In this document: one piece after another, positions 28,869-40,067 of the stretch | Layout of the letters: the number at the start of each line of letters is the position of its first letter | Position numbering within the stretch: position 1 is the stretch's first letter | Source of the DNA: Escherichia phage JK1 | DNA length: 64,000 nucleotides | Strand: one strand, 5' to 3' | Sequence record: MZ436830.1 | Program-made: the position numbers and the translations under genes | The notes under the pieces: generated by a model | What the model saw: the letters and a program-made list of their open reading frames with translations, nothing else | Database searches by the model: none | What the model was told of the DNA's origin: nothing

Positions 28869-29432
28869 TTACCATTCCAATGCTAGTTTTTTGAGTTGTT
28901 TCTGTTCTTTTACGTTCTTAGTCACTTCTTTCAAAAAATCATCCGTGACTAATCCTTTAAGTTCTTTTAATACTAAAGGTAGTTTTCCATTTTTAGTAAG
29001 AATTGATTTATAGTTAATTGCATCATTTGTATTAACTTGATACCGCTTAGCAAGTAACTTAATAATCAATACTTCGGTGGAATCTTCAACCAGTTTTGCC
29101 CATTTACCATATCTTTTACCACGAGGAACTGCAGCCATTAGATAATTAAAATGAGCTTCATCACTTAAGCCTGATCCAATTAAATTCATAGCATATACAG
29201 CTGGCATGCACTCTGGAAATTGTGACAATGCATTTTCAACCATGAATTTTGAATAATCTTTTTGAACAATAGAGCATTTAGTTTTATTATTAATAGCTCC
29301 AATTATTTCAAAAAATTCATTTTCAGCTTTTTCTTTAAAAGAATCAGCAGCGGATTGGACAGCTGTCCAATCTTTTGAATACCAAGCAACTTGATGCTCG
29401 TTTAATTGAATATCATCTTCAAATAAGCTCAT
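28869..29432 (-). CDS. 62: clamp loader small subunit
   Basis: 187 aa, adjacent to gene 44. Confidence 0.85.
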   Translation of the reverse strand: MSLFEDDIQLNEHQVAWYSKDWTAVQSAADSFKEKAENEFFEIIGAINNKTKCSIVQKDYSKFMVENALSQFPECMPAVYAMNLIGSGLSDEAHFNYLMAAVPRGKRYGKWAKLVEDSTEVLIIKLLAKRYQVNTNDAINYKSILTKNGKLPLVLKELKGLVTDDFLKEVTKNVKEQKQLKKLALEW

Positions 29433-29433
29433 A

Positions 29434-30408
29434 TCACTTCCACTGCATTTCGCATGCTAATTGAATGAAAAGATAAGCTAAATGCAATTCAGTATTAGCT
29501 GCAATACCATGATACTGATTATTTTCGCCGACAATTTCGTACATACGAATAATACTCTGTGGAGTTACACGTGAATAGATTTCTTCGGCAAGTTTACCTA
29601 CGAACCACGAATAATCAGCTGCATATTTTGGTGCTAAAGCTCTGAGTTGTTTAACATCTTTATTTTTGAGAGACTCAAGAACATCATCAATAGCACCACG
29701 ATCGTTAGTAACCAGTGATAAAATACCAGCATCCAAAACACCTTTAGATGAATAACTATCGAGCTCGCCAATAGTTTTACGAAAATCAGGAAAATTCTTT
29801 TTAACCAAAGCTGCTACAACTTTCATATCAGCTATAGCAATTCCTTCATGCTTACAGATTTCGGTCAACCGACGAATCATCTGCTTCATCATTTCAATTT
29901 TATCTTCATCGGTCGGTTGACCGAATGTGATAACTCGACAGCGTGACTGAAGCGGTTTAATAATACCATCAATATTGTTAGCAGTAATAATAATACTGCA
30001 GTTTGAACTATAAGCTTCCATAAAGGAACGAAGATGTCGCTGAGATTCTGCTAAACCTGAACGGTCAAATTCATCAATAACAATTACCTTTTGACGACCA
30101 TCAAATGAAGCTGCACTCGCAAAATTAGTTAAAGGACCACGAACGAAATCAATTTTACAGTCTGATCCATTTACAAACATCATATCAGCATTTACATCAT
30201 GACACAATGCTTTTGCTACAGTTGTTTTACCTGTTCCTGGAGAAGGAGAATGAAGAATAATATGTGGAATCTTACCTTTACTTGTAATAGATTTAAAGGT
30301 TTCTTTATCAAAGGCGGGAAGAATACATTCATCGATAGTAGATGGACGATATTTCTGTTCAAGAATGTGTTCTTTTTCATTTACGGTAATCATAATTTCC
30401 TCATTCAA
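29434..30408 (-). CDS. 44: clamp loader large subunit (AAA+)
   Basis: Walker A SPGTGKTT, Walker B VIVIDEFD. Confidence 0.9.
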   Translation of the reverse strand: MNEEIMITVNEKEHILEQKYRPSTIDECILPAFDKETFKSITSKGKIPHIILHSPSPGTGKTTVAKALCHDVNADMMFVNGSDCKIDFVRGPLTNFASAASFDGRQKVIVIDEFDRSGLAESQRHLRSFMEAYSSNCSIIITANNIDGIIKPLQSRCRVITFGQPTDEDKIEMMKQMIRRLTEICKHEGIAIADMKVVAALVKKNFPDFRKTIGELDSYSSKGVLDAGILSLVTNDRGAIDDVLESLKNKDVKQLRALAPKYAADYSWFVGKLAEEIYSRVTPQSIIRMYEIVGENNQYHGIAANTELHLAYLFIQLACEMQWK

Positions 30409-30427
30409 GTTTTAGTGTAAATTATAA

Positions 30428-30441
30428 AGGGCCGAAGCCCT
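30428..30441 (-). terminator. C(UUCG)G hairpin between genes 45 and 44
   Basis: AGGGC-UUCG-GCCCU. Confidence 0.35.
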
Positions 30442-30444
30442 CTA

Positions 30445-31131
30445 TTAAAAATCATGGGTAGAATCAGCTTCAAGAGCTACTACATAATTCGCGTGTTCAC
30501 CTTCAAATTTAGCAGCACCTTGTTTACCTTTTGCCCAGAGCAGAAGTTTATAATTTCCTGGTTGCATTTTCATATTTGCCATATTGATAATGAAATTAAA
30601 TGTATTTTCACCATCATAATCACCAAGAGTCAAAGAATATTTAACACGGGTCAGAGCAGAATCTTCTACTTTATTAAAACCGTTAATTACGATTTTACCT
30701 TCTTTTACCGTGATAGCAATTGTATCAATTTGCAGACCACGAGATACACGCAACAATTGTTGAAGGTCTTCAGCTTTAATTTCAGTAACAACAGATGCTA
30801 CCGGGAATGGAATTGGTTTATTAGGAGCAACTACTGTACTCGGATCGGCTGCTGGCCAAAAAATTGTTGAACGGGCATCAGCAATTTTAATATTTCCATC
30901 TTCTGACTGGGAAATTTCTGCATCATCATTAACTAGAGACAGAATACCGAGAAAACCGTTCAAATCGTAAATTGCTACATCAAAATCAATAACGTCAGAA
31001 ATATTTGCTTCAGCATAAGTTGTACCATTAACTGCACGAGTCATAATAAATTGACCAGATTTAAGCATAATGCCAGAGTTAATAGTAGCGAAATTTTTAA
31101 GCAGAGCAGTAGTATCTTTAGACAGTTTCAT
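30445..31131 (-). CDS. 45: sliding clamp
   Basis: 228 aa, recognised sequence. Confidence 0.9.
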   Translation of the reverse strand: MKLSKDTTALLKNFATINSGIMLKSGQFIMTRAVNGTTYAEANISDVIDFDVAIYDLNGFLGILSLVNDDAEISQSEDGNIKIADARSTIFWPAADPSTVVAPNKPIPFPVASVVTEIKAEDLQQLLRVSRGLQIDTIAITVKEGKIVINGFNKVEDSALTRVKYSLTLGDYDGENTFNFIINMANMKMQPGNYKLLLWAKGKQGAAKFEGEHANYVVALEADSTHDF

Positions 31132-31186
31132 GTAATTTCCTTCAATTCAAATGAGATTTAATTTTATAACTAATTTAATAAAGCAA

Positions 31187-31576
31187 TTAACGATTAAAAT
31201 CAGCCGCAATTGTTTCCGCAACAATTTGAGCAGCAACAATTAGACGTTCATCTGCATTACCGCAATAATCATCTTCAAGACGTTCACCACATGAAGTCAT
31301 AATAAATTTAGCACCGGCGTTTAGGGATTCTGTAGTATGTTTGCGCATTAGTTCAATCCATTTATTACTTACTTCACGATCGATAGCTTCATAATACGCA
31401 TGACGAGCAGGTGCAGATTTAATTTTGTTCTGAATAACTTCCATTGCGTTATCAGAAAGAGACAAAACCCATGCTCGACGAATTTTATTTTGGTTTTGTG
31501 GATTTGATTCAGAACGCACGTGTTTTGGCTGAATATCTTTTACATCAACAGTATAATTCACAGTAATTTTAGTCAT
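31187..31576 (-). CDS. rpbA: RNA polymerase-binding protein RpbA
   Basis: 129 aa between 46 and 45. Confidence 0.6.
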
Positions 31577-31585
31577 AATACACCT

Positions 31586-31774
31586 TTAGTCATAATAATC
31601 AGTAACAGTCCAAGCTTCATTTCTATTGGACATTATTTTTGTATATTCTGCTTTAAATGCATTCCTAAGCATAGATTCAGTAACTATATGCTCTTCATTA
31701 GAAAAATTATTTCTCAGAATATATCGTTTTATTTCAGGAATAGTTAATAGATGCTGTCCAGTTGAATATTCCAT
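31586..31774 (-). CDS. small hypothetical protein
   Basis: 62-aa ORF after middle promoter. Confidence 0.45.
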   Translation of the reverse strand: MEYSTGQHLLTIPEIKRYILRNNFSNEEHIVTESMLRNAFKAEYTKIMSNRNEAWTVTDYYD

Positions 31775-31791
31775 GTTTTTCCTCCATAGAG

Positions 31792-31815
31792 ATTATACTC
31801 TAATAAATTAAAGCA
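31792..31815 (-). promoter_or_regulatory. middle promoter (MotA box TGCTTTA + TATAAT)
   Basis: box then 11 nt then TATAAT. Confidence 0.5.
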
Positions 31816-31829
31816 TAATCTCTTATAAA

Positions 31830-33512
31830 TTAAACCATTACAGTAAATCGACCAACTTTCTTCATTTGAAGATGCTGACCATATGCTTGTGGGTCATGGT
31901 CTCTATGCGAAATAACAAAAACATTAGTATTTTTTAAACTATCTAAAATAGTTGAAATAGCTTTTACACCTTCAACGTCGGTCGCTGAATCAAAAACTTC
32001 ATCAAGAATTAGTGTGTTTATTTTAACACCTGAAACTTTTTCAGCAATATCACGCCAAGTAAATAAAAGAGCAATATCAATTCGTGCTTTTTCACCTTGA
32101 CTGAATGAAGCATAACTAAAATCTTCACGACCACGGGATTTAATTGTCTCATTAAATTCTTCATCTAATGTAAACACATAATCCGCTTCCATTATTTTAA
32201 GATAATGGTTAATCTGCTTATTAAATAATGGAATGTACTTTTTAATAATAGCACCTTTAATACCAGAATCTTTGAGCATATCAGTCAAAATTCCTCGGTG
32301 GTATTTTTCCATTACTAAATTAGTTTTTGTCTTAACAATTTTATCAAGTTCTTCTTGAAGCAGTGCTATTTCATCAGCATGGTCAATAAACTCAGAAGAT
32401 GCTTTTTCTATAGCTGCTTTAACTTTTTTAGCTTTATCTACTGTCGTGATTAGAGATTGCTTTTTATTGCGAATATCATTTGCCAACGACTGTTGGGTTT
32501 TAATATTATCTCGGTATTCATCAACAAGAACTTTTAAATTATCACGGTGTGTTGAAAGCTGTTCAAACGAATGCGTACATTCAGAAACTTTATCTTTAAT
32601 TTTAGAAACAACTTTATCACCGGAACTCAATTGTGACAAACAGGTTGGACATAATCCACCTTCGTGATACATATTAATGACTTTATTATACGAGTCAATT
32701 TTTGATTTAATTAAAACTGCTTCTTGACCGATTTTATTAAATGCATCAGTCGGGTCTTCGTCTAAAACAATATTAACTAATCTTTCATTAGCTTCTTCTA
32801 TTTCCGATTTTAGCGTTCTAGCTTCTTTTGCCAAATCATCATACATATTTTGCAGACGAGTAAGATTGTCACCCGTTAATTTTTTCTGGCGTTCAACGTT
32901 ATCATTATATATTTTAATTTGTTGGATAATACTATCTTTTTTAACATCAAGCACTTGGTTTTGTGAATTTAATTCACGTATTAGTGCTTTATTAAGCTTA
33001 TCCATTTCAGCTAATGTTCCTACCTCGAGCAGGTCTTCCACAAGCTTTCTTCGCGCAGGGGTCGACAAACCCATGAAAGGGGTATACCCTGCTGTACCAA
33101 GGACAACAATCTGCTTGAAACTGGCATATGACATTCCGATAAGCTGTTCAAATTCTGCTTGGAAATCTTTACTGCTGGCAGATTCATTAAGACGTGTACC
33201 GTTAACGGTGATTTCGAAAACGTTTGGTTTTTGTCCTCTTTTGATATAGTACTTTTTCTCATCATATTCCATCCACAGTTCAACTAAAAGTTCTTTCTTA
33301 TTTGTGCTGTTTATTAATTGACCTTTCTTTACATCACGAAATGGTTTGCCAAAAAGCCCAAATGTGATGGCTTCTAACATAGTAGACTTACCACCGCCAT
33401 TTCGGCCAGTAATAAGAGTTTTTTGAACCTTATCTAGTTGAATGTCAATAGGATTTCCACCTACTGACATTATATTTTGATACCTAACTCGGTTTAGTTT
33501 AAAATTCTTCAC
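31830..33512 (-). CDS. 46: recombination nuclease subunit (Rad50/SbcC-like ATPase)
   Basis: 560 aa; Walker A GRNGGGKST, zinc hook CPTC, coiled coil. Confidence 0.9.
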   Translation of the reverse strand: MKNFKLNRVRYQNIMSVGGNPIDIQLDKVQKTLITGRNGGGKSTMLEAITFGLFGKPFRDVKKGQLINSTNKKELLVELWMEYDEKKYYIKRGQKPNVFEITVNGTRLNESASSKDFQAEFEQLIGMSYASFKQIVVLGTAGYTPFMGLSTPARRKLVEDLLEVGTLAEMDKLNKALIRELNSQNQVLDVKKDSIIQQIKIYNDNVERQKKLTGDNLTRLQNMYDDLAKEARTLKSEIEEANERLVNIVLDEDPTDAFNKIGQEAVLIKSKIDSYNKVINMYHEGGLCPTCLSQLSSGDKVVSKIKDKVSECTHSFEQLSTHRDNLKVLVDEYRDNIKTQQSLANDIRNKKQSLITTVDKAKKVKAAIEKASSEFIDHADEIALLQEELDKIVKTKTNLVMEKYHRGILTDMLKDSGIKGAIIKKYIPLFNKQINHYLKIMEADYVFTLDEEFNETIKSRGREDFSYASFSQGEKARIDIALLFTWRDIAEKVSGVKINTLILDEVFDSATDVEGVKAISTILDSLKNTNVFVISHRDHDPQAYGQHLQMKKVGRFTVMV

Positions 33513-33772
33513 AAAAGATTCCTTTTAATGTATCTTTTAGACCATTCTATCATATCATCATAATCTAAAAAGTATTCATCAAATTCAGCCATGCAAACAA
33601 CACCTTGTGCTGCTTTTGATGTGATATAAATTATTCCAACATATCTAGAATCTTCTTCGGTATAATCAATATTTGCTATGAATTCATCATTAATGTCAAA
33701 TGTCGAAAACTTCACAGTATGCATCCTTAATACAAGATACAGCCATATCTTGTAATGATTTAGGTGTGTCAT
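33509..33772 (-). CDS. small hypothetical protein
   Basis: 87-aa ORF; start uncertain. Confidence 0.4.
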   Translation of the reverse strand: MTHLNHYKIWLYLVLRMHTVKFSTFDINDEFIANIDYTEEDSRYVGIIYITSKAAQGVVCMAEFDEYFLDYDDMIEWSKRYIKRNLL

Positions 33773-33959
33773 TATCTAAAATGTTGAAGTTAAAAGATAC
33801 AGCCCAGTCAGTGCAGACTGTAACCTTTTTAATACAATTATCTTCAACCTCTAACGGTTCAAACCAATATTCAATAATTTCTTTATGCCCAATATCATCT
33901 TTTACTTCGCATTCAAAATGCTGACTCATCATAACATTTTTAAATTCATCAAAAGTCAT
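33696..33959 (-). CDS. small hypothetical protein
   Basis: 87-aa ORF. Confidence 0.4.
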   Translation of the reverse strand: MTFDEFKNVMMSQHFECEVKDDIGHKEIIEYWFEPLEVEDNCIKKVTVCTDWAVSFNFNILDNDTPKSLQDMAVSCIKDAYCEVFDI

Positions 33960-34975
33960 TGTGTTGCCTCTACATATAGCTGATTCGCATATTGAATAAG
34001 TGCTTCACGGTCAGAATCAGTGATGTCTGGAATTGCATTAATGTATTCTTCCATCAACGTCTGAAGAGATTGAACTTCAACTTCTTCACTTTCATCTGAC
34101 TCGACAGAGTTATCAATTTTTGACACAACTCGTAATGAATGCACAACTTTTTCTAGTTCAGATTCGAACTTCGTTAGATTTTTGTCTACTTCAGTTACTA
34201 TAACACGTACTGATAGATTTGTAAAATCTTTATAGTCAATTTTTCCTTTAAATGGATAATGAATTCTACGATGCCAGGTAGTATTGTTTGGAATAAATTC
34301 CATTCGTTCTGTTTCTGTATCAAACATCCAGAACCCACGAGGGTCATTCTCGTCACCTGCAGTTAGTGTCCATGGTGTCCCAATATATCTGACGTTAGCA
34401 GCCTCAGAGATAGTATGGAAGTGACCAGACCACACTTCCTTATAAGTCTTAAGGAAATCAGGTTCAAGACCGTGAGATTTCATTCCTTTATAAAAATAAA
34501 ATCCGTTCAGTTCCCAGTGACCAACGCAAAAAGAAGCAGATGAAGTTTTGATGTGTTCAAGAATTTCACCAGTATTTTCTTCACACATCCAAGGAATTAA
34601 ATCAATTAAACATCCGTCAAAATCTACTGTAGTAGGCTTATCATATACTTTAACATTAGGATATTTAGCCAAAAGCTCAGTAGAGGCATTTGGAGTTAAA
34701 GTATTTTTAAAGTGCATATCATGGTTTCCTACAACAGTATGTAGGGTAATACCAGCATCATCAAGCATTTGAACTATTTCACGAGCAAACTCCATAGTTT
34801 TATGCGTGATTGCTTTTCGCACATCAAAAATATCGCCGTATTGAATCCATGTAGTAATTCCATTTTTCTTAGAATATTCTATTGCTTGTTTAATTCCATC
34901 CAACTGAATGGATTGAACCCACTCATCATCGGCTTTAACGCCTAAATGCCAATCACCTAAATTTAAAATTTTCAT
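33956..34975 (-). CDS. 47: recombination nuclease subunit (Mre11/SbcD-like phosphoesterase)
   Basis: 339 aa; metallophosphatase motifs DWHLG, GDIFD, GNHD. Confidence 0.9.
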   Translation of the reverse strand: MKILNLGDWHLGVKADDEWVQSIQLDGIKQAIEYSKKNGITTWIQYGDIFDVRKAITHKTMEFAREIVQMLDDAGITLHTVVGNHDMHFKNTLTPNASTELLAKYPNVKVYDKPTTVDFDGCLIDLIPWMCEENTGEILEHIKTSSASFCVGHWELNGFYFYKGMKSHGLEPDFLKTYKEVWSGHFHTISEAANVRYIGTPWTLTAGDENDPRGFWMFDTETERMEFIPNNTTWHRRIHYPFKGKIDYKDFTNLSVRVIVTEVDKNLTKFESELEKVVHSLRVVSKIDNSVESDESEEVEVQSLQTLMEEYINAIPDITDSDREALIQYANQLYVEATQ

Positions 34976-35135
34976 ATATCAAGAACCGTCATTGAAATGC
35001 AAAATAAAATTATTGAAATAAACCCATCTGGTGTGCTAAAGAACCCAATCCAACATGCTTTAGTGAATAGATAAAATGCAAGAAAAAGTATCACATATTC
35101 AAGAAATATCATTATATCAAACTCCGTATAAAGCT

Positions 35136-35153
35136 AAAGGGCCGAAGCCCTTT
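35136..35153 (-). terminator. C(UUCG)G hairpin at 3' end of alpha-gt
   Basis: AAAGGGC-UUCG-GCCCUUU. Confidence 0.4.
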
Positions 35154-36354
35154 ATTTTGTAATAATGTCAAACTGTTCTTTAAAGCAGAAGCTTGAATCT
35201 TGATGCTGATACAAAAATTCATAAGCTTTTTCGCGTTCGCGGTCATAAAGAGTTCGGTCAGATGACAGTTCTTTAATACGTTCAAATGTTGATTCCATGT
35301 CATTTTCATCAAACCAAATGATACCGCTATCATGCGAGGTCAAAGGAGTATTATCAACACGGAATTTTAAATTTTCGCCAGTAGATTTCCAAAATACCGG
35401 AATTGTTCCACATGCACCAAGCTCGAGATGAGTATATTCTAAAGAACGTTGTAGATATTTTTTATCCAACTTACTCAACTGATAACCAAAACCGGATTTA
35501 CTCATACGTTCAAGCATTTCGCTATTTACATAACGGTCAAGAATTTGCGTTGGCAAATTAGGAGCAATTTTAATTTGGTCTACTTGATGAAGACGATAAT
35601 ACTCGTATGGAATTCCTTTTTCTTTAATAGGAATGAACGCTGGAGAACGTTCCAGACCTTCCATAATAGTACTTAGTCCTGCAGGTTTAAGATGTTTTTC
35701 ATGAAAATCAAACATCTGATAAAAACCTTTCCATGTAGTCGTACGACCAATCCAACGGTTGATATTCATGTTAATTTCAGAAACATCTTTCCAGTAGGTT
35801 GACCGAACCTTCGCAATATCCATAGGAGGCTGAAAGTTATATACTGTCGGTGCTTCTTCAATATCATCAAACAGAGAAACTGTTTCAGGATACCATTCTT
35901 TCATCAGAACTTTATTAAAATCACCATTATCAGAATGGCTAAAAATAACATCAGCTCGACGAACAGTTTCTTCTAATCCCAAATTTCGGCGCAAAGAAAG
36001 AGAAGAATGGTCATGTTGATAAACTACAACACGAACAGAAGGTTTAATGTTATCAATAATTTTTTTATAGTTATTAATAGTGTCTTCTTCAACCGAAGTA
36101 GCAGGAACTGAATTGATAATTAGAATATCACAATCATTTACCAGCTTAAGTGTTTTATCATATTCTTTTGCCAATAAAACCGGAATTGAAAATGATTTAT
36201 AATCATGCGCGCAATTACGAGTAAATGATTTATCTTTAGCATAAACCAAAGTTACTTCATGACCATTCTTAATAAACCAATCACGTTGCTCAAGAGAAAA
36301 TTTAGTTACACCACAACCTTCAAGACCTCGAGCCATAAAAATACATACTTTCAT
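35152..36354 (-). CDS. agt: DNA alpha-glucosyltransferase
   Basis: 400 aa, recognised sequence. Confidence 0.9.
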   Translation of the reverse strand: MKVCIFMARGLEGCGVTKFSLEQRDWFIKNGHEVTLVYAKDKSFTRNCAHDYKSFSIPVLLAKEYDKTLKLVNDCDILIINSVPATSVEEDTINNYKKIIDNIKPSVRVVVYQHDHSSLSLRRNLGLEETVRRADVIFSHSDNGDFNKVLMKEWYPETVSLFDDIEEAPTVYNFQPPMDIAKVRSTYWKDVSEINMNINRWIGRTTTWKGFYQMFDFHEKHLKPAGLSTIMEGLERSPAFIPIKEKGIPYEYYRLHQVDQIKIAPNLPTQILDRYVNSEMLERMSKSGFGYQLSKLDKKYLQRSLEYTHLELGACGTIPVFWKSTGENLKFRVDNTPLTSHDSGIIWFDENDMESTFERIKELSSDRTLYDREREKAYEFLYQHQDSSFCFKEQFDIITK

Positions 36355-36403
36355 TTAATATCCTCTTTGTTTTGGTTTATTTTACCAAAAATTTATAAAG
36401 CAA

Positions 36404-36423
36404 TATAGGAGCCGAAGCTCCTA
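36404..36423 (-). terminator. C(UUCG)G hairpin upstream of alpha-gt
   Basis: AUAGGAGC-UUCG-GCUCCUAU. Confidence 0.35.
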
Positions 36424-36594
36424 TCTACATAATACGCCATACAGAGGCTCGTTAGAACTTTTAAATTTTATGCGCTTATATTTTATAGTTCCTTCTGCTT
36501 TAGCTTTATCATGAGACGCTTTAAAGAGTCTCATCATTTCCTCTTTAGAGGAACGAATTTTATTATAATCTATTTCAGAAGTCTGGGTGTTCAT
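36421..36594 (-). CDS. small hypothetical protein
   Basis: 57-codon ORF below cutoff; coupled to upstream stop. Confidence 0.35.
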   Translation of the reverse strand: MNTQTSEIDYNKIRSSKEEMMRLFKASHDKAKAEGTIKYKRIKFKSSNEPLYGVLCR

Positions 36595-36597
36595 CTT

Positions 36598-36804
36598 TCA
36601 TAACTGCCACCATTTTTTGACTTGATAAGAATCAACCCACACTTTCATATTAGGGTCTGCTCTTACAATAGGAGGATTAACTTCTTTAATTGAACTATCA
36701 TGGTATTCTTTTTCAGAAATTTTCACACAAAGATGACCATTCAAAGATTCAGTAAATCCTGCATTAATTTTAAGACGCTTGAATTTTACGTGTGTAAGCA
36801 TCAA
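36598..36804 (-). CDS. small hypothetical protein
   Basis: 68-aa ORF. Confidence 0.4.
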   Translation of the reverse strand: MMLTHVKFKRLKINAGFTESLNGHLCVKISEKEYHDSSIKEVNPPIVRADPNMKVWVDSYQVKKWWQL

Positions 36805-37087
36805 TCATATCCTCAATCTGCGATCTAGTAGTCTTCCAAAGAATACTAATGAGTTCATCGTTATATGGCTGTTTTAGAATATCCCGACTTTTCTTGATAG
36901 CATATTCGTATTGAGCAAAATTATTGTTTTCAGCTGCAATCTGAGCGTGCTTATAAAGACGATTCAGTTCGCGTTTGTTTTTAGACAATAACTTATTTGC
37001 TTTTCTTTCTGCTTCAAGACGGTTCTTTTCTTCAATAGAAGAAATAAGCTTTTCCACTTCATCATTAATTTCGGGTTTATCAGTCAT
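36770..37087 (-). CDS. hypothetical protein
   Basis: 105-aa ORF. Confidence 0.45.
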   Translation of the reverse strand: MTDKPEINDEVEKLISSIEEKNRLEAERKANKLLSKNKRELNRLYKHAQIAAENNNFAQYEYAIKKSRDILKQPYNDELISILWKTTRSQIEDMIDAYTRKIQAS

Positions 37088-37088
37088 A

Positions 37089-37307
37089 TTATTTCTCTAA
37101 TATAAAATAAAAATCATCATCTGTCAAATGATACCTGTAATTTAATTCTACACCATTAGATTTAAAAGCGGTATCATACGGATTTTCTGGATCAATATCA
37201 ATGTCAAGAGCTAAAACTTCCCTGAGATACATTTTAAGTAAATAGGGAATAGCTTCAACTTCAGGTATTTCTTCCAAGAATCCGGAGAGGTTAATCGTTA
37301 GCCTCAT
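37089..37307 (-). CDS. small hypothetical protein
   Basis: 72-aa ORF. Confidence 0.45.
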
Positions 37308-37854
37308 ATAAAAAATCCAAACTAGGAGAATCGTCTACAACACTTTTCTTTTCAGCCCCCGGTGTTCTATAGGTTGATTCTTCGTAATGCGTCATTTTAT
37401 CGTAGATGTCTTGAATAAAAGTTTCATCTACTAACGCAACCATATCGTCGTCACGACTGTCATAGACATTGTGAACGAAGTAACTATATTTCTTTGCAAC
37501 TTCCTTACGTTCTTTTTTAATACGCTGGACGAATGCATTAAAACAAGCTTGAGTTATATACGCATGTGGGTTTTTATATTTCGTTTCATCAAAATTATGA
37601 AGCCCCTTAATAGAAGCTTCTATACCATCTGCAATCATTTCTTGTTTCCAAGACTGGGTGTATCCTGAAAAGTTGAAACGTTTAGATAAGCCTTCTGCAA
37701 TAAGCATAATGGCTAATCCGATAGTATCATTTTGACGAACTACTTTATTTGGGTCTTTATTATTTGCTAATTCTGTTTTCCAATCAATAATAGCTTGTAA
37801 AAGCTCTTTATTGTTTACGTAATTATATTTAGGCTTAGTTTCTGACATTTTCAC
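37291..37854 (-). CDS. 55: late-transcription sigma factor
   Basis: 187 aa, recognised sequence. Confidence 0.85.
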
Positions 37855-37926
37855 CTCTTAGCTCAATTCATAGATCTATTATATCATAATATTTGAAGAT
37901 CTATCTTAAAGCATAGAGAATATCAG

Positions 37927-38196
37927 TTATCTAAGTAAACAGTATGCTTGGAATACTTTCTCCATCATCTTTTTAAATTCATGAATATCTATATAATGAC
38001 TAGTTAGATCAGCATGATATAAAAAGTCTAAAAACTTTTCATGTGTACTAACATATTCACTTTCATTTAATTCAGAAACATGGCTTTCCCAATATCCAAC
38101 ACCAGTCTTATTTGGGAAAAATGAAATTTTCATGTATTGGTCAACATAGAAAATGCCATAATTTTCAATAGTAATAGAAATATTAATAAATTTCAT
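37927..38196 (-). CDS. hypothetical protein
   Basis: 89-aa ORF. Confidence 0.45.
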   Translation of the reverse strand: MKFINISITIENYGIFYVDQYMKISFFPNKTGVGYWESHVSELNESEYVSTHEKFLDFLYHADLTSHYIDIHEFKKMMEKVFQAYCLLR

Positions 38197-38408
38197 ACAT
38201 TCATCAACTTAGCCGCTTCAAGAGCTGCATCTAGTGAATCAAATTGGTCAACGTATTCAATCAATTCGCCATAATTGGCATATAACCACCATTGGCTAAA
38301 TTCATACTCAAGGATGAATCCGTTTCCTTCAATTTGAGTTAAACCAATGCCATTTGTATTTACTTCATATCCAGCAAGACGCAAATCGTTAATAAGAGCT
38401 TCGTTCAT
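38193..38408 (-). CDS. small hypothetical protein
   Basis: 71-aa ORF. Confidence 0.45.
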   Translation of the reverse strand: MNEALINDLRLAGYEVNTNGIGLTQIEGNGFILEYEFSQWWLYANYGELIEYVDQFDSLDAALEAAKLMNV

Positions 38409-38410
38409 AA

Positions 38411-38737
38411 TTATACCTTAGTAATTTTCAGGTCTGCAAATTTTTTCTTGCGTTGATTTTTCATGCGACGAATAGTTTTATCGGAAATTTCATGCTTTTG
38501 ATAAGCTTTAGATTCTACACCAAAAGCTTTAACATCAAATTCTGACAAGATATATTGAACCAACAATTCACGGACAGTATTGCGTCCAATCTTCTGATCA
38601 TTCTGTTTCATCGTTTGATGAAGCTCTTTTTCCCATTTATCCAAACTTTGAGGAGTTACAATATCGCCTTTTTCTAGCAAAGAAACTACTTTATCATATG
38701 CGTAAGAATTGATGGCGTTTTTAATTTGAATAGTCAT
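38411..38737 (-). CDS. hypothetical protein
   Basis: 108-aa ORF. Confidence 0.45.
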   Translation of the reverse strand: MTIQIKNAINSYAYDKVVSLLEKGDIVTPQSLDKWEKELHQTMKQNDQKIGRNTVRELLVQYILSEFDVKAFGVESKAYQKHEISDKTIRRMKNQRKKKFADLKITKV

Positions 38738-38774
38738 ACATTATCCTCAATTGCGTTAAAATTTTATTATCCAA

Positions 38775-38790
38775 AAAGGGCCGAAGCCCT
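38775..38790 (-). terminator. C(UUCG)G hairpin
   Basis: AAGGGC-UUCG-GCCCUU. Confidence 0.35.
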
Positions 38791-38990
38791 TAGCTAAACT
38801 TTTTGGCACCCTTCCAGCCTTCATACATCATTGCGGCTGATATTAATATTGCTCCTGAGCAACTTGAATATTTGTGATTCCAAAACCAGTTTAGAAAAAC
38901 TTCGTCATCAATACCTTGTGCTATCATATTTTCAAAGAACTGACGACGAGCTTCGGCAATTCGCTGCGATAATTTAGATTCAGGATTCAT
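38790..38990 (-). CDS. small hypothetical protein
   Basis: 66-aa ORF. Confidence 0.4.
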   Translation of the reverse strand: MNPESKLSQRIAEARRQFFENMIAQGIDDEVFLNWFWNHKYSSCSGAILISAAMMYEGWKGAKKFS

Positions 38991-39129
38991 TTAAATTTTC
39001 CAATTACCGTTTTCATCAATGAATTTAATCCAGTCATTTACTGACCACTTAGTTGTATCGCCTTTTGGAGTAACATTTAAAGTATATAGCCCTTGCTTAA
39101 AAAGCATTCGTTTGATATTCATAATTTCC

Positions 39130-39423
39130 TCAGCTGTAACGATAGCACTCGTTTGATTTACGTTTAGCAACTCGTTGAGAAGTATTATAATCAAAATCAT
39201 CGTCAATGTAAACTGATTTTTTCAACTTTCTTACTTCACCACGTAATTGGCGATTTAGCTCATCTTTAACTTCTGAATCAATACCTTTCATTCTACGCCA
39301 TTTATCTGAGCGAAAAATGTTTTCAACCATATCTTTATGACTTACACCATCAGGAGCTTTACGCTTTCCGAAATAGTCATAATCACGTACTTTTAAATCT
39401 TTACGACGATACGTTTTACCCAT
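39130..39423 (-). CDS. highly basic hypothetical protein
   Basis: start trimmed to ATG with AAGGAA SD. Confidence 0.45.
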   Translation of the reverse strand: MGKTYRRKDLKVRDYDYFGKRKAPDGVSHKDMVENIFRSDKWRRMKGIDSEVKDELNRQLRGEVRKLKKSVYIDDDFDYNTSQRVAKRKSNECYRYS

Positions 39424-39629
39424 GGAGTTTAATTTCCTTAGCAACTGAACTAAATGCAGCACGATCGCAAATCATGCGTTTATGTAACTTGAGTATAATA
39501 TAGCAAACTTCAAAACTATTTACATGAGTAACGCGAACAGCATTACCATTAATAAGATAATACTGTCCCTTTTTAATTTCTTTATCAATCATAACCATAT
39601 CAATTCCTCAAAGGCAATTCATATGTTAA

Positions 39630-39658
39630 TAATACCACGGTTTGAACTTGTTGTAAAC
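39630..39658 (-). promoter_or_regulatory. early promoter
   Basis: GTTTAC-N17-TGGTATTAT. Confidence 0.45.
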
Positions 39659-39738
39659 AACTTTGTGAAAAATATTTTAGGGAATGATAAGAAAGGAACG
39701 ATAGCTTAGAATGGTAATATACAGAATGTGAGAAAGAA

Positions 39739-39751
39739 AGGCCCAGAGGGC
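39739..39751 (-). terminator. GC-rich hairpin after nrdH
   Basis: 5-bp GC stem with 3-nt loop followed by U-rich tract. Confidence 0.35.
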
Positions 39752-39756
39752 CCGTC

Positions 39757-40065
39757 TTAATCTTCTATGATATCTCTATCATATCCAAGTGAAATGAGAG
39801 TTTCTTTGAAGTGTTTAATGTTCTTTTGTCTAGAATCATTAATGAAAATGACTGGATAACGAATGTTAAGAGATGTGAATCCAGCGCGTTTAGCAAGAGA
39901 TACAATCAGTGGACGATCATACTCAATCTTACCATTATTTGTAAGAACTTTATAGAAAGTAAAAGGAGCATTGAGCTCCTTTAGAAGTTTTGTAACTGAT
40001 TGACATCCAGGACAACGACCTACTTCATCTGGAATTCCATAGACTTCAATCTTATTTTGTTTCAC
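39757..40065 (-). CDS. nrdH: glutaredoxin-like protein NrdH
   Basis: 102 aa; CPGC redox motif. Confidence 0.7.
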   Translation of the reverse strand: MKQNKIEVYGIPDEVGRCPGCQSVTKLLKELNAPFTFYKVLTNNGKIEYDRPLIVSLAKRAGFTSLNIRYPVIFINDSRQKNIKHFKETLISLGYDRDIIED

Positions 40066-40067
40066 AA

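Noticed and set aside
38991-39598. ORFs 38991-39206 and 39416-39598
   Set aside because: Both overlap the better-supported basic-protein ORF 39130-39423 and their starts are ambiguous; left uncalled.
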